A stretch of DNA of 57,356 nucleotides from an uncultured Bacilli bacterium (GCA_944363935.1 CALVVT010000090.1:1-57356), one strand, 5' to 3'. Positions 11,495 to 22,247 are shown, numbered from the stretch's first letter. Program-made: numbers and translations. Notes: a model not told the origin generated them from the letters alone.

Positions 11495-12010
11495 CTATAA
11501 ATGTTTCTGTTTTTCATTTGTATTTGTTTTAACGTTTTCAACTTCAAGAATCATACCAGAAGCTATTTCTCCAGTTGGTTTTTCAAATGTATAAGTTTCG
11601 CCAACTTTTTTACCAACTATAGCTTGACCAATTGGTGAAACTGTTGAAACTATTCGGTAATCGTCTACCATACGTGTACTAAATCTTCTTTCTTCAACTA
11701 CAAAGAATTTTGCTGTTACTTTCTTTTCAGCATTATAACATACAACATAGCTACCAATTCCAACTATGTCAGGTTCTAAAACAGCTTGACCATAATTGGC
11801 TTGTAAAGCTTTAAAATGAGCAAGTTTTTCTTCTAATGCATTAACATCTTCAACACATCCACCATCTGGTGAAGAAATATCATTTCCAACATGGACTTTT
11901 TGTGATTTTCTGTAATTTCTTAATTCTTCTTTAGCAGCTGTTAATTTTCCTTGAATAACATCTACCTCTGCCTCTAACATTTCTAATTCTGGTTCAGTTA
12001 AAATAGACAT
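11495..12010 (-). CDS. GreA/GreB-family transcription elongation factor homolog
   Basis: N-terminal coiled coil plus a C-terminal FKBP-like Gre domain (SPIGQAIVGKKVGETYTF). Start set at the ATG at 12010, behind AAGGGGAG. Confidence 0.7.
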   Translation of the reverse strand: MSILTEPELEMLEAEVDVIQGKLTAAKEELRNYRKSQKVHVGNDISSPDGGCVEDVNALEEKLAHFKALQANYGQAVLEPDIVGIGSYVVCYNAEKKVTAKFFVVEERRFSTRMVDDYRIVSTVSPIGQAIVGKKVGETYTFEKPTGEIASGMILEVENVKTNTNEKQKHL

Positions 12011-12067
12011 ACTCTTCTCCCCTTTCAAATAGAATGCTTCATATCCTAACACACTTTTAACATTTTG

Positions 12068-13522
12068 TCAAATTTTATATACCGAAACACCTTTTTTAAT
12101 AGTTTCGATTACTTTAATATTTATTATATCTTTTTTAGCTATTTTTAAAGGATTTTTATCTAAAATAATTAAATCAGCATCCTTACCTTCCTTTATACTA
12201 CCTTTTTTATTTTCTGCAAAATACTGATAAGCAGCATTTATCGTTACTGCTTTTAAAGCCTCATAAACTTCTATTTTTTGATTTTCACCTAAAAGAACAT
12301 TATTTTTAGTTAATCTATTTACCGCACACCAAACACCTTCTAAAATATGAGGTTTTAATACCGGGCTATCTTGATGGATAGTATAAATTAAATTTAAATC
12401 ACTCGCCCACTTTAAAGGACTAATATTACTAGCTCTACTAAACCCTAGATTTTTAATATGAACATCGCCAAAATGATAAACGTGACTGACAAAGAAAGAA
12501 GGAATTATTTTTAAATCTTTCGCTTTTTCTAACTCTTTTTTATCAATTATTTGAGCATGAATTAAAACAGGTCGGTAAAATTCCCGATATTTTTTGCTTA
12601 AAGTTTGATAAACATTAACTAACTGTAAAGAAGCTGCATCCCCATTACTATGAATAAGTAATTGTTTTTTTTCTTTTAAAACTTTGGTGATTATTTCTTC
12701 AAGTTCTTTATGACTATAATTACTAATTCCATAGTTATTAGTTCCAGTATAAGGCTCTAGTAAAAAAGCTGTTTTAGCCGATGGAGAACCATCTAAAAAT
12801 ATCTTATAACCACCAACTTTAAAATTATTATATTTACTATTTTTTTCCGTTATTTTAAGACTATCAGTATAACCAGTAACCTCTAAAATTAAATTATTTT
12901 TAAGCGCTAAAGCTTTTAATACATCAAAATTTTCTTTAGTTAATAAGCCTTCCTGGGCGGTAGTAATTCCATAAGATAAATATAATTTTTCAGCTTTTTT
13001 ATAACCTTTTATTAAATCATTTAAAGTAAACGGCTTTATATTATTAACTATTTCCATAAATTCTTGTTCTTCAAAATACCCATTGCCTTCTTTTTTTAAT
13101 AAATTCATAGCCTTACTATTTAAATAACCAGTATGTCCAGAAACATGAGTAACTAAAACGGGATTATCGGGGAAATTATCTTTAACGGGATTTTCATTAA
13201 GATTATAATTATAACCAAGTATCCATTTACCCTTTTTAGTTTTAAAGTTTTCTAAAACTTTTATAACCTCTTCTTTAGTTTTAGCTTCTTTTAAATCAGC
13301 GATTAAAAACGTTTTAGCTACTGCCATTATATGACTATGAGCATCAATAAAAGCCGGCATTAAACAGTTGTTTTTTAAATTAACAACTTTTGTATCTTTA
13401 TCTTTTAATTTCATTACTTCTTTTTTAGTTCCAACTTTTTTAATAATTTCATTTTCTACTAAAATAGCTTCCGCTTTTAACGGTTCCATTGTTATAATAT
13501 CACCATAATAAATTGTTTTCAT
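12068..13522 (-). CDS. amidohydrolase-family metallohydrolase (YtcJ-like)
   Basis: FIDAHSH metal motif near the N-terminus; HSNGD and ADLIILD near the C-terminus. Confidence 0.8.
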   Translation of the reverse strand: MKTIYYGDIITMEPLKAEAILVENEIIKKVGTKKEVMKLKDKDTKVVNLKNNCLMPAFIDAHSHIMAVAKTFLIADLKEAKTKEEVIKVLENFKTKKGKWILGYNYNLNENPVKDNFPDNPVLVTHVSGHTGYLNSKAMNLLKKEGNGYFEEQEFMEIVNNIKPFTLNDLIKGYKKAEKLYLSYGITTAQEGLLTKENFDVLKALALKNNLILEVTGYTDSLKITEKNSKYNNFKVGGYKIFLDGSPSAKTAFLLEPYTGTNNYGISNYSHKELEEIITKVLKEKKQLLIHSNGDAASLQLVNVYQTLSKKYREFYRPVLIHAQIIDKKELEKAKDLKIIPSFFVSHVYHFGDVHIKNLGFSRASNISPLKWASDLNLIYTIHQDSPVLKPHILEGVWCAVNRLTKNNVLLGENQKIEVYEALKAVTINAAYQYFAENKKGSIKEGKDADLIILDKNPLKIAKKDIINIKVIETIKKGVSVYKI

Positions 13523-13589
13523 TATATCACCATTTATATTATGGATTATTTTTAGAAAAAAACACTAAAAAAAGGCCTATAGACCCTTT

Positions 13590-13709
13590 TTAATAACAAA
13601 AGCAAGAACCTAATAAAATTGCTAGTAAGATATATAAAACTAAAATAATTAAGTAATTGCAATTATTAGTCTTCCCACAATTGTTTTCACATGAATTATT
13701 ACAAGCCAT
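13590..13709 (-). CDS. tiny Cys-rich membrane peptide (39 aa), YjcZ-like
   Basis: Not in the ORF track. MACNNSCENNCGKTNNCNYLIILVLYILLAILLGSCFCY, with RBS AAAGGAG 7 nt upstream. Lies 17 nt downstream of the preceding tiny gene. Confidence 0.55.
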   Translation of the reverse strand: MACNNSCENNCGKTNNCNYLIILVLYILLAILLGSCFCY

Positions 13710-13726
13710 AATTACTCCTTTCTAGC

Positions 13727-13810
13727 TTAAATATAAGCTCCAAGTATGATTATTAAAAGAATAAATAATACTAAAACAATAGCAGCTCCGCTTGCGCCAG
13801 TATTACACAT
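13727..13810 (-). CDS. YjcZ-family-like tiny sporulation membrane peptide (27 aa)
   Basis: Not in the ORF track. MCNTGASGAAIVLVLFILLIIILGAYI matches the FALIVVLFILLIIVG core of the Bacillus YjcZ family. RBS AAGGAGG. Confidence 0.6.
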   Translation of the reverse strand: MCNTGASGAAIVLVLFILLIIILGAYI

Positions 13811-13970
13811 ATTAAATCATCCTCCTTTTTGTCTTTTCACATTATTCTATGGTAATTTGCAAAAGTTGTGCGTGCTTCTGTGAAAAAAACTTGAAAAATA
13901 TTGTTTTTTCTTAATTTTTTTGGTATCATTAATGTTGTATGAAAAATACAATTATGAAAGGAAGATAAAA

Positions 13971-14954
13971 GTGAACAAAAAAATCTTATTAGCCGGTGTT
14001 TTAGTAAGTGCATTAGTTCTTACCGGCTGCGGAACACCAACCTTAAAAAACGGTGAAGAAGTTGTAGCTTCAGTAGATGGTAAAAAATTTACAGCTAACG
14101 AATTATACGAAGAATTAAAAGCTCAAGGCGGTTCTACTGTTCTTGTCAATATGTTTGATACATACATTGTTAACAAAGAAATCGAAACTGACGACGATGC
14201 GAAAACATATGCCGATTCACAGTATGAATCATATAAATCTTCATATGAAAGCAATGGTCAAAATTTTGAAGATACATTAGAAACTGCTGGTTATGAAGAT
14301 GCTGATGCTTTCAAAGAAGCTTTAATTGTCGAATACAAAAAACAAAAAATTACCGAAGACTATGTTAAATCTAGTTTAACTGATGCAGAAATTCAATCAT
14401 ATTATGACGACAATATCTATGGAGATATTGAAGGTGCTCATATTTTAATCAGTCCAGATACTACTGACGATATGTCTGACGAAGAAATTACTAAAGCTGA
14501 AGAAAAAGCTAAAAAAGAAGCTGAAGATATTATTAAAAAGTTAAATGATGGTGAAGACTTTGCTAAACTAGCTAAAGAATATTCTGACGACGAAGGAACC
14601 GCTGAAGATGGTGGTAAACTTACTATTACTTATGGTGAAGTTGTCGACGAATTTTGGAATGCTGCTAGTAAATTAAAAGATGGTAAATATACTAAAGAAC
14701 CAGTTAAATCAGATTATGGTTATCATATTATTTACCGTGAAAGCGCTAAAGAAAAACCAAAATTAAACGAAGTTGAAGACGAAGTTATCGATAAACTAGT
14801 AGATCAAAAATTAGAAGAAGATACAACTTTACAAACTGAAGCTTTAGTTGAACTTCGGGAAAAATATAACTTAAAAATAAACGATAATGATATTAAAAAA
14901 AGTTACAACAAGTCTGTTAAAGAAGCGTTAGCTGATACTAATTCTACTAATTAA
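13971..14954 (+). CDS. prsA: foldase lipoprotein PrsA (parvulin-type peptidyl-prolyl isomerase)
   Basis: GTG start behind GAAAGGAAG. Lipobox LVLTGCG and parvulin core SDYGYHII. Confidence 0.85.
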   Translation: MNKKILLAGVLVSALVLTGCGTPTLKNGEEVVASVDGKKFTANELYEELKAQGGSTVLVNMFDTYIVNKEIETDDDAKTYADSQYESYKSSYESNGQNFEDTLETAGYEDADAFKEALIVEYKKQKITEDYVKSSLTDAEIQSYYDDNIYGDIEGAHILISPDTTDDMSDEEITKAEEKAKKEAEDIIKKLNDGEDFAKLAKEYSDDEGTAEDGGKLTITYGEVVDEFWNAASKLKDGKYTKEPVKSDYGYHIIYRESAKEKPKLNEVEDEVIDKLVDQKLEEDTTLQTEALVELREKYNLKINDNDIKKSYNKSVKEALADTNSTN

Positions 14955-14978
14955 GTACTGAAAAACAGTACTTTTTTT
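14954..14978 (+). terminator. intrinsic terminator of prsA
   Basis: AGTACTG-aaaaa-CAGTACT followed by T7. Confidence 0.8.
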
Positions 14979-15002
14979 GACACTTAAAAACGTAGCTAAT
15001 AG

Positions 15003-16457
15003 CTACGCAATTAAAGTAAATAAAGTTAATATTAAGATATTGACAATCATAATGGCTAAAACAACTTTTAAAGCCCATCTAAACCAAGTTGTATAATTAA
15101 CTTTAGCAAGAGCAAGGCCACCCATAATTGCTCCACATGTTGGAGTAATTAAATTAACAAGCCCATTAGCAGCTACAAAAGTCATAATAGTTCCTTCAAC
15201 ACTGTAATTTAAAGTATCAGCAAGCGGTCCCATAATTGGGGTTGATAAAGTTGCAAGTCCTGAAGAAGATGGTACTAATACTGATAAAACTACATGAAGG
15301 AGATAGTTAAGTGGTGTAAATAATAATTCTGGTACATTTTCAAGCCAATTAGCGGCATTATAAATAATATAATTATCTAAATAAGTGGTTTGCATAAGAA
15401 CACTAGCGCCTCTGGCAACCGCAATAATTAAAACTACACTCATCATATCTTTTGTACCTTCAATAAAAGTACTAACAAAATCACTTTCACTAATCCGATT
15501 AATAATTGCAATAATAATTGACATAATTAAGAACCATAATGAAGCTTCAGCAAAATACCAACTACCAAGTGGTGTTCCTGTAAGCCAGCCGGTAAATTTA
15601 TCAAAAATATTAATATTAAAATCGCCCCAAGGAATAAAACCAACGATCATAACTGCAAAAGTTAAACCAAAAGCAATTAAAGTACCTTTTTGTTTACCAG
15701 TTAATTCAACTTTATCTTCTTTAGCTTTAACGCCATAAGTATCTTTCATAGCTTTTTGTTCTTGAAGTGTTAAGAAAGTTGAGCCTTTATTTGCTTTAAC
15801 TTTTTTCGCATATCTCATAACAAAGAAAATTGAAATAGCTAAACTTGTAAGCCATAAGACAGCTCCAAGACCAATAATTATTCCTTGATTTACTTCAACA
15901 TTTGACGGTAAAGAACTAACGGCAGCGCCAACAGCAAATGGATTAATTGTTGAACCTAAAACTCCACTTCCAGCTCCTAGTAAAACGACAGCTGAAGCAA
16001 CAATTGTATCCATTTTAGCGGCCACCATCGTTGCAGCAAGTAAAGCATAGAAACCAACAGTTTCTTCAAGCATTCCATAGGTTGTTCCTCCAAGTGAGAA
16101 AATAAACATTAAAATTGGAATTAAAATAAGTTCGTTACCTTTTAATTTTTTAACCAAAACCCGAATTCCTGTTTCCAATGCTCCTGTTTTAGAGACAATA
16201 GCTAAAAAGCCTCCTAAAACAATAACAAATATACAAACGTCAATTGCATCAGCAAAACCTAAAATCGGTGACATTAAGATATCAGAAATTTTAGCTTTTA
16301 CTACTCCACTACCATTGACAATAGCTTCACCAACAAAATTAGCTGGTGGTAAAATATAAGTTAAAATGCCTAAAACCGCTATTAATATAATAATTATTGA
16401 AAAAGCGGAAAGCATTTTATGCTTTTTTTCTTTTACTTCTTCTTTCACCCTTTTCAC
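15003..16457 (-). CDS. arcD: YfcC/DcuC-like transporter, putative arginine/ornithine antiporter of the ADI operon
   Basis: 484 aa, polytopic. Last gene of the arcABC cluster, overlapping the arcC stop by 4 nt. Confidence 0.7.
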   Translation of the reverse strand: MKRVKEEVKEKKHKMLSAFSIIIILIAVLGILTYILPPANFVGEAIVNGSGVVKAKISDILMSPILGFADAIDVCIFVIVLGGFLAIVSKTGALETGIRVLVKKLKGNELILIPILMFIFSLGGTTYGMLEETVGFYALLAATMVAAKMDTIVASAVVLLGAGSGVLGSTINPFAVGAAVSSLPSNVEVNQGIIIGLGAVLWLTSLAISIFFVMRYAKKVKANKGSTFLTLQEQKAMKDTYGVKAKEDKVELTGKQKGTLIAFGLTFAVMIVGFIPWGDFNINIFDKFTGWLTGTPLGSWYFAEASLWFLIMSIIIAIINRISESDFVSTFIEGTKDMMSVVLIIAVARGASVLMQTTYLDNYIIYNAANWLENVPELLFTPLNYLLHVVLSVLVPSSSGLATLSTPIMGPLADTLNYSVEGTIMTFVAANGLVNLITPTCGAIMGGLALAKVNYTTWFRWALKVVLAIMIVNILILTLFTLIA

Positions 16458-17380
16458 TCCTTTATAATTGTTCCAGCTTTACCTTCTAAAGCTTCTTTGG
16501 CCTTTTCTAAAGAAGTAATTATTGCCTTATGTTCACTATTTTGAACAAAATCCAAACAAGCTTCAATTTTTGGAAGCATACTGCCAGCAGCAAATTCGCC
16601 AGCTTCTATATATTTTTTAGCTTCCATAACAGTTAAAGAAGTTAAAGCTTTTTCATTTGGTTTATTATAATTTATACAAACATTTTCAACAGCTGTTAAA
16701 ATTAACAAAATATCAGCTTTTAAGTCTTTAGCTAAACAAGCACTAGTGCGATCTTTATCTATAACTGCAGCTACCCCTTTATATCCTTCACTAGTTTCAA
16801 TAACTGGAATACCGCCACCACCACAAGCAATAACAATACTTCCATTTTCATTTAAAGTATTAATTGCTTCTAATTCGATAATTTTAAGTGGTTTTGGCGA
16901 AGCGACAACTCTTCGGTAACCTCTTCCAGCATCTTCCTTCATTTGAAAACCTTTTTCTTTTTCTAATTTAAGAGCTTCTTCTTTGCTGTAAAATGAACCA
17001 ATTGGTTTAGTTGGGTTTTCAAAAGCTTTATCATTAGCATCAACTAAAGTTTGCGTTATAACAGAAACGCAGCTTCTTTTAATGTTTCTTTGCTTAAGTT
17101 CATTAATAATTGATTGCTGAAGGTGATATCCAATATAACCTTCACTCATAGCACCACATTCGGCAAATGGCATTTCTGGAGATTTTACTGTTTTATAAGC
17201 TGTATCCATCGCCAAATTTATCATTCCAACCTGCGGTCCATTACCATGAGATACAATAACGTTATGGCCTTCAGCAGCTAAACTAACAATACTTTTAGCG
17301 GTATTTTTTACTAGTTCTAGTTGCTCTTCAGGAGTATTTCCTAAAGCATTTCCCCCAAGGGCAATAACTATTTTACTCAT
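16454..17380 (-). CDS. arcC: carbamate kinase
   Basis: N-terminus [14 protein letters not shown] and the GNGPQVG motif. Confidence 0.92.
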   Translation of the reverse strand: MSKIVIALGGNALGNTPEEQLELVKNTAKSIVSLAAEGHNVIVSHGNGPQVGMINLAMDTAYKTVKSPEMPFAECGAMSEGYIGYHLQQSIINELKQRNIKRSCVSVITQTLVDANDKAFENPTKPIGSFYSKEEALKLEKEKGFQMKEDAGRGYRRVVASPKPLKIIELEAINTLNENGSIVIACGGGGIPVIETSEGYKGVAAVIDKDRTSACLAKDLKADILLILTAVENVCINYNKPNEKALTSLTVMEAKKYIEAGEFAAGSMLPKIEACLDFVQNSEHKAIITSLEKAKEALEGKAGTIIKE

Positions 17381-18363
17381 TTTAAAGTTTCTAACATTAC
17401 GGCTTTAATAGTATGTAAACGGTTTTCTGCTTCTTCAAATACTCTAGATTTATCTGATTCAAAAACCTCGTCAGTTACTTCCATTTCTTTAAGTCCGTAT
17501 TTTTCATATATTTCTTTACCAATAGTCGTTCCAGTATTATGGAAAGATGGTAAACAATGTAAGAAAATTGCATCTGAACTAGCATTATCCATAACTTCTT
17601 TATTAACTTGATAAGCTTTTAATAAATCGATTCGTGGTTTCCAAAGGTCCATAGCTTCACCCATTGATACCCAAACATCGGTATATAAAACATTAGCATT
17701 TTTTGTTCCTTCCATTACATCTTCAGTTAAAGTAATCGAAGAGCCGTTTTCACTAGCTATTTTTTTACATGTTTCTACTAAAGATTCTTCAGGGAATAAT
17801 TCTTTAGGAGCGCAGCATGTAAAATTAAGTCCTAATTTAGCAGAAGCTACCATTAAGGAATTACCAACATTATTACGAGCGTCACCTAAATAAACAAAAT
17901 TAAGTCCTTTTAAATGTCCAAACTCTTCTTTAATTGTTAACATGTCGGCTAACATTTGGGTTGGATGAAACTCATTAGTAAGACCATTCCAAACTGGAAC
18001 TTTAGAATATTTAGCTAGTTCTTCGACAACATCTTGACCAAAGCCTCGGTATTCGATTCCATCATACATACTAGCTAAAACTCTAGCTGTATCCGCTATA
18101 GTTTCTTTTTTACCCATTTGCGAACCAGTAGGTCCTAAATAAGTTACGTTCATTCCTAAATCATAGGCTCCAACTTCAAAAGCACATCTAGTTCTTGTCG
18201 AATCTTTTTCGAAAATTAAAGCGACATTTTTTCCTTTTAAATATTCGTGAGCCTCACCTTTTCTTTTTTTAGCTTTTAAATCAGCCGCAACATCAATTAA
18301 ATATTCAATTTCTTCAGTACTAAAATCTAATAGTTTTAAAAAGTCTCTTCCCCTTAAATCCAT
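17377..18363 (-). CDS. arcB: catabolic ornithine carbamoyltransferase
   Basis: STRTR, HPTQ and HCLP motifs. Start set at MDLRGRDFL (TAATG overlap with the arcA stop). Confidence 0.92.
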   Translation of the reverse strand: MDLRGRDFLKLLDFSTEEIEYLIDVAADLKAKKRKGEAHEYLKGKNVALIFEKDSTRTRCAFEVGAYDLGMNVTYLGPTGSQMGKKETIADTARVLASMYDGIEYRGFGQDVVEELAKYSKVPVWNGLTNEFHPTQMLADMLTIKEEFGHLKGLNFVYLGDARNNVGNSLMVASAKLGLNFTCCAPKELFPEESLVETCKKIASENGSSITLTEDVMEGTKNANVLYTDVWVSMGEAMDLWKPRIDLLKAYQVNKEVMDNASSDAIFLHCLPSFHNTGTTIGKEIYEKYGLKEMEVTDEVFESDKSRVFEEAENRLHTIKAVMLETLK

Positions 18364-19601
18364 TAAATATCCTCTCTTTCTAGTGGCATACTCATACATC
18401 TAGGGCCTCCTCTTCCGCGAGAAAGTTCCGCACCATGTAGTTCTAAAACTTTTAATCCATAACTACGAAGTACTTCGTTAGTTACATTATTACGATCATA
18501 AACGATTACTACCCCAGGAGCAATACAAAGAGTATTAGAACCATCATTCCATTGTTCTCTTTCGGCAGCTACTTTATCACCACCAGCACAAGGAATTAAA
18601 GTTACTTTTTTCCCAACATATTTAGTTAAAATATTTTCTAAACTATCGTTTATTTCTTTAACGTTTAAATCTTCATAAGAGTCAGGATCATTTCCTTCAG
18701 TTATTTCAAACACTTGTAATGTTTCCATAATTCCTGGATGGTATGTAAATTTATCGTAATCGATTTGAGTAAATACAGTATCTAAATGCATAAAAGCTCT
18801 ACTATTTGGAATGTTAAAAGCAAGAACAGTATCAATTTGACAATCTGGATCTTTAAAGAAATTTTTGGCCATTTCGTCAATTGCTTCGGCTTCAGTTCTT
18901 TGAGAAATACCAACAGCAACTGTATGATTATTGATATTAAGAACGTCACCGCCTTCAGTATGATAAGCTAAAGAACGATCATAATATCTTTTAACATTTT
19001 TATACTCTGGATGGTAAGTAAATATATATTCGGCATATATTGTTTCTCTATTTCTCGTTACCGAATACATTTTATTTAAATTAATACCCTCACCTACACT
19101 AGCAAAGTTATCTCTAGTAAAATATAAATTAGGCATTGGATCTGCGATAAAATTATCTGGTGTTTCAATTAGATCAACTAATGATTTTTCAACCTCTAGC
19201 TTTTGAGCCGGTAAATCACTAATTTGAATACCTTCCATTGTTTTTAATACTAATTCTTTATTATCTTTTATTTGATTTAAATAGTCAAAAACAATATTGC
19301 GGTATTTTTTAGTTCTAATACCAGCTTCTTCCATAAACTGATAAATAAATTTTTCACGAACTGAAGTATCAGTATCAAGTGCTTCAGCTACTAAATCTTC
19401 CAAATAAACAACTTCCACTCCATTTTCTCTTAAGATACTAGCAAAGTTATCATGTTCTTTAATAGCATCTTTTAAATATGGAATATCGTCAAATAAAAGT
19501 CGTTCTAGACTATCTGGCGTTAAATTTAAAAGTTCTTTACCTGGACGATGTAATAAAACTTTTTTTAATTTTCCAATTTCACTTGTAACGTGAATTGCCA
19601 T
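18363..19601 (-). CDS. arcA: arginine deiminase
   Basis: Start set at [21 protein letters not shown], behind AGGAGGG. C-terminal catalytic motif [10 protein letters not shown]. The longer track ORF reads through the promoter region. Confidence 0.93.
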   Translation of the reverse strand: MAIHVTSEIGKLKKVLLHRPGKELLNLTPDSLERLLFDDIPYLKDAIKEHDNFASILRENGVEVVYLEDLVAEALDTDTSVREKFIYQFMEEAGIRTKKYRNIVFDYLNQIKDNKELVLKTMEGIQISDLPAQKLEVEKSLVDLIETPDNFIADPMPNLYFTRDNFASVGEGINLNKMYSVTRNRETIYAEYIFTYHPEYKNVKRYYDRSLAYHTEGGDVLNINNHTVAVGISQRTEAEAIDEMAKNFFKDPDCQIDTVLAFNIPNSRAFMHLDTVFTQIDYDKFTYHPGIMETLQVFEITEGNDPDSYEDLNVKEINDSLENILTKYVGKKVTLIPCAGGDKVAAEREQWNDGSNTLCIAPGVVIVYDRNNVTNEVLRSYGLKVLELHGAELSRGRGGPRCMSMPLEREDI

Positions 19602-19719
19602 ATTATCCCTCCTTCTAATAGTTTGACTACTATCAAGATAATTATAACAATTATAAATATTATTTACTATGTTTTTTATAAAAATATATCTTTTTTGACA
19701 GTTTTTGACAAAAAAACAA

Positions 19720-19733
19720 AAATTGCGCAATTT
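19720..19733. promoter_or_regulatory. candidate operator palindrome upstream of arcA
   Basis: Perfect 14-bp palindrome AAATTGCGCAATTT about 120 nt upstream of the arcA ATG. Next to a direct repeat TTTTTGACA x2 (19692-19710). Confidence 0.3.
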
Positions 19734-19826
19734 ATTTAACATTTTAAAGCGCAAAAAAATATAAAATAGGATTTAAAGATTTTTTAACCTACCAGGATTA
19801 TATTAAAAATATTATTTGTTCAAGGC

Positions 19827-19868
19827 CTATTCCCAAAAAAGTGGAAATGGACACATTTTTGGGAATAG
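19827..19868 (-). terminator. hairpin downstream of the XRE gene
   Basis: 13-bp perfect inverted repeat CTATTCCCAAAAA / TTTTTGGGAATAG with a 16-nt loop. No clean U tract. Confidence 0.4.
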
Positions 19869-19897
19869 AAATAATGAAATATCTTAAATTTAAAAAA

Positions 19898-20143
19898 TTA
19901 TTCTTCAAAAAAATTGTCCATTGTAACATCAAGAACTACTGATATTTTATATAAACTCATTAAAGATATTCCTTCTCTACCTAATTGTGACTCAAAACGT
20001 CTTAAATAATTATAAGACATATCAACATCTACCGCAAGTTGTTCTTGCGTTATACCAGCAATCTTACGATACTTTCTCACATTTTTAGCTATTATTTCAA
20101 CTATTTTATCATTAAATTTAAAATCTCTTTTAAATGTTGCCAT
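19898..20143 (-). CDS. XRE-family helix-turn-helix transcriptional regulator
   Basis: ITQEQLAVDVDMSYNYLRRFE is an HTH_XRE core. RBS AGGTGA. Confidence 0.8.
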   Translation of the reverse strand: MATFKRDFKFNDKIVEIIAKNVRKYRKIAGITQEQLAVDVDMSYNYLRRFESQLGREGISLMSLYKISVVLDVTMDNFFEE

Positions 20144-20253
20144 ACTATCACCTAATATTAATTTTAGTAATTTCTTTAATTTTATTCCGTGCAGTTGTAC
20201 TTAACAGAATAAAAACTATAATTTAGTTAAAATTAATAATAGAAGGTGGTATT

Positions 20254-20517
20254 ATGAGAAAACATAGAAGAAGAAATAAAAAACAAAGAAATATTATTAT
20301 AATTAGTGCTTGTTCTTTACTACCAATTATGACAGTAGGTTATGCCGCTATGAGTATTAATTTAGAAATAAATGCTAAAGGAAATGTTCTTAAAAAAGCT
20401 AGTTTAGGTGAAGATTTAGTTGAAAACGTTGGTACTGTAACTAATGGAGATGGCCTTTATAAAGATGCTTATGAATTATCAGAGTTCTCTGATAATACAC
20501 GCTTGAACTTTAAATAG
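20254..20517 (+). pseudogene. truncated paralog of the 4791 secreted protein (signal-anchor + linker only)
   Basis: Shares GYAAMSINLEINAKGNV (vs GYAAFSTQLNINGTSNI) and GDGLYKDAYE (vs GDGLYADAYE). It lacks the beta-sandwich and stops 13 codons into the C-terminal domain. Confidence 0.55.
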
Positions 20518-20573
20518 GTATCCCCTATTTTTTTATTTCTTTAAATTATGATATACTAATAACTGGTGATTTT

Positions 20574-21506
20574 ATGAATACATTTATTTACTCAAACACT
20601 AATAAAAGATATCATACATTAGATTATTTTTATAAAAATAAGTTTGGCTGTAAAGTAAGTAAAATAAGTTTAAATGCCGGTTTTAGCTGTCCTAATTTAG
20701 ATGGTACTGTTGGATACGGCGGCTGCATATATTGTTCTAAAACTGGAAGTGGTGAATATGGTGGTAATCCACTTGAAGATTTAACTACCCAGTTTAATAA
20801 ACAAAAACAGATTATGGATAAAAAATGGCCAAATAGTAAATACATTGCTTATTTTCAAGCCCGGACTAATACTTATGCACCTTTAAAAGTTTTAAAAGAA
20901 AAATATGAAGAAGTTTTAAAAATAGATAACGTTGTTGGTATTGCTATTGCTACTCGTAGTGATTCTATTAGTGACGATGTTTTAAATTATTTAGAAGAAC
21001 TTAATAAAAAAACATTTGTAACTGTAGAACTAGGCTTGCAAACAATTCATAAAAAAACATCTACTTTAATTAATAGATGTCATACATTAGAAAACTTTGA
21101 AAAAATGGTTAAAAAATTACAAGAAAAACATATTTTTACAACAATTCACATTATTAATGGCCTGCCTTATGAAACTGAAGAAATGATGCTTCAAACAGTT
21201 AAATATTTGAATAAAATCAATATTGATGGAATTAAAATCCACATGCTTTCAGTTTTAAAAAATACGACTTTAGAAAAACTATATGAAAAAGATAAATTTC
21301 CGCTTCTTTCTTTAGAAGAATATGTAAAAATTGTCTGTCAACAACTTCGCTATTTAAATCCTAAAATAGTAGTTGAAAGAATTACTGGTGACCCAGATAT
21401 TAATGATTTAATTGCTCCTTCATGGCTACCTAAAAAAAGAATTGTGATAAACAGTATCGATAAATATATGGCTAAAAACAATATTTATCAAGGTGATAAA
21501 TTATAA
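20574..21506 (+). CDS. TIGR01212-family radical SAM protein
   Basis: N-terminal Cys motif CPNLDGTVGYGGCIYC and the typical ~310 aa length. Confidence 0.85.
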   Translation: MNTFIYSNTNKRYHTLDYFYKNKFGCKVSKISLNAGFSCPNLDGTVGYGGCIYCSKTGSGEYGGNPLEDLTTQFNKQKQIMDKKWPNSKYIAYFQARTNTYAPLKVLKEKYEEVLKIDNVVGIAIATRSDSISDDVLNYLEELNKKTFVTVELGLQTIHKKTSTLINRCHTLENFEKMVKKLQEKHIFTTIHIINGLPYETEEMMLQTVKYLNKINIDGIKIHMLSVLKNTTLEKLYEKDKFPLLSLEEYVKIVCQQLRYLNPKIVVERITGDPDINDLIAPSWLPKKRIVINSIDKYMAKNNIYQGDKL

Positions 21507-22247
21507 ATTTTCACTTATAAAATTATTTATTTCTTCTAAAGAAAAACCTTTACTATATAATTTTTGTTTCAATTTTAACTTTAAAGTATTCCCTTCATAT
21601 TTTACCTTTAATTTATTATATATTTTTATCATTTCACTACTTAAGTCATTAAAAGTAATATTTTCTAATGCTCTATTTATATCACTATAATTATATCCTA
21701 AATTAACTAAATAAACTTTTAATTTATTCTTTAAAACATTACCAGTATATTTACTGGTTTTTATTTTTTTATTAATTAATTTATTTAAATGTTCATTTAT
21801 AGTATTTTTATCAATTTCTTCAATAACATTATCAATAATCGTATTATCAACTTTTAATTTTTCTAAATTATGTCTTATTTTTTCTGGACCATCTAAACTT
21901 AAATTAATTTTATCATTAGTATAAGCTTTAGCAAACCTTTCATCGTTAATTAAACCAATACTTTCTAATTTAGAAATAATTTTATCACTATTAGGACAAT
22001 TTTGTTTATTTAAATAATTTTCAATTTCAAACTTACTTCGTAGTTTTCTATTAATTAAATCTAATACTTTATAATAACTATCATAAAATTTATTTTCATT
22101 TAAAATAGTATTAAATAAATCAGAAGAAATATCTTTTTTATATAATAAATTATATTTTAAAATAATCTCTTCATAAGTATCAATAGAACCTACTTTAAGT
22201 AAAATACGATATTTGTGACCTTTTTTTAATATTTTTTCTATTTGCAT
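21501..22247 (-). CDS. recX: RecX-family regulatory protein
   Basis: Repeated helical RecX-type modules (SKFEIENYL...ISKLESIGLINDERFAKAYTNDK). RBS AGGAGG. Confidence 0.65.
   Translation of the reverse strand: MQIEKILKKGHKYRILLKVGSIDTYEEIILKYNLLYKKDISSDLFNTILNENKFYDSYYKVLDLINRKLRSKFEIENYLNKQNCPNSDKIISKLESIGLINDERFAKAYTNDKINLSLDGPEKIRHNLEKLKVDNTIIDNVIEEIDKNTINEHLNKLINKKIKTSKYTGNVLKNKLKVYLVNLGYNYSDINRALENITFNDLSSEMIKIYNKLKVKYEGNTLKLKLKQKLYSKGFSLEEINNFISENL

Noticed and set aside
19602-19754. Upstream 51-codon extension of arcA in the track (463 aa)
   Set aside because: The extension is low-complexity translation of the promoter region. [13 protein letters not shown] is the conserved ADI N-terminus and has a strong RBS.
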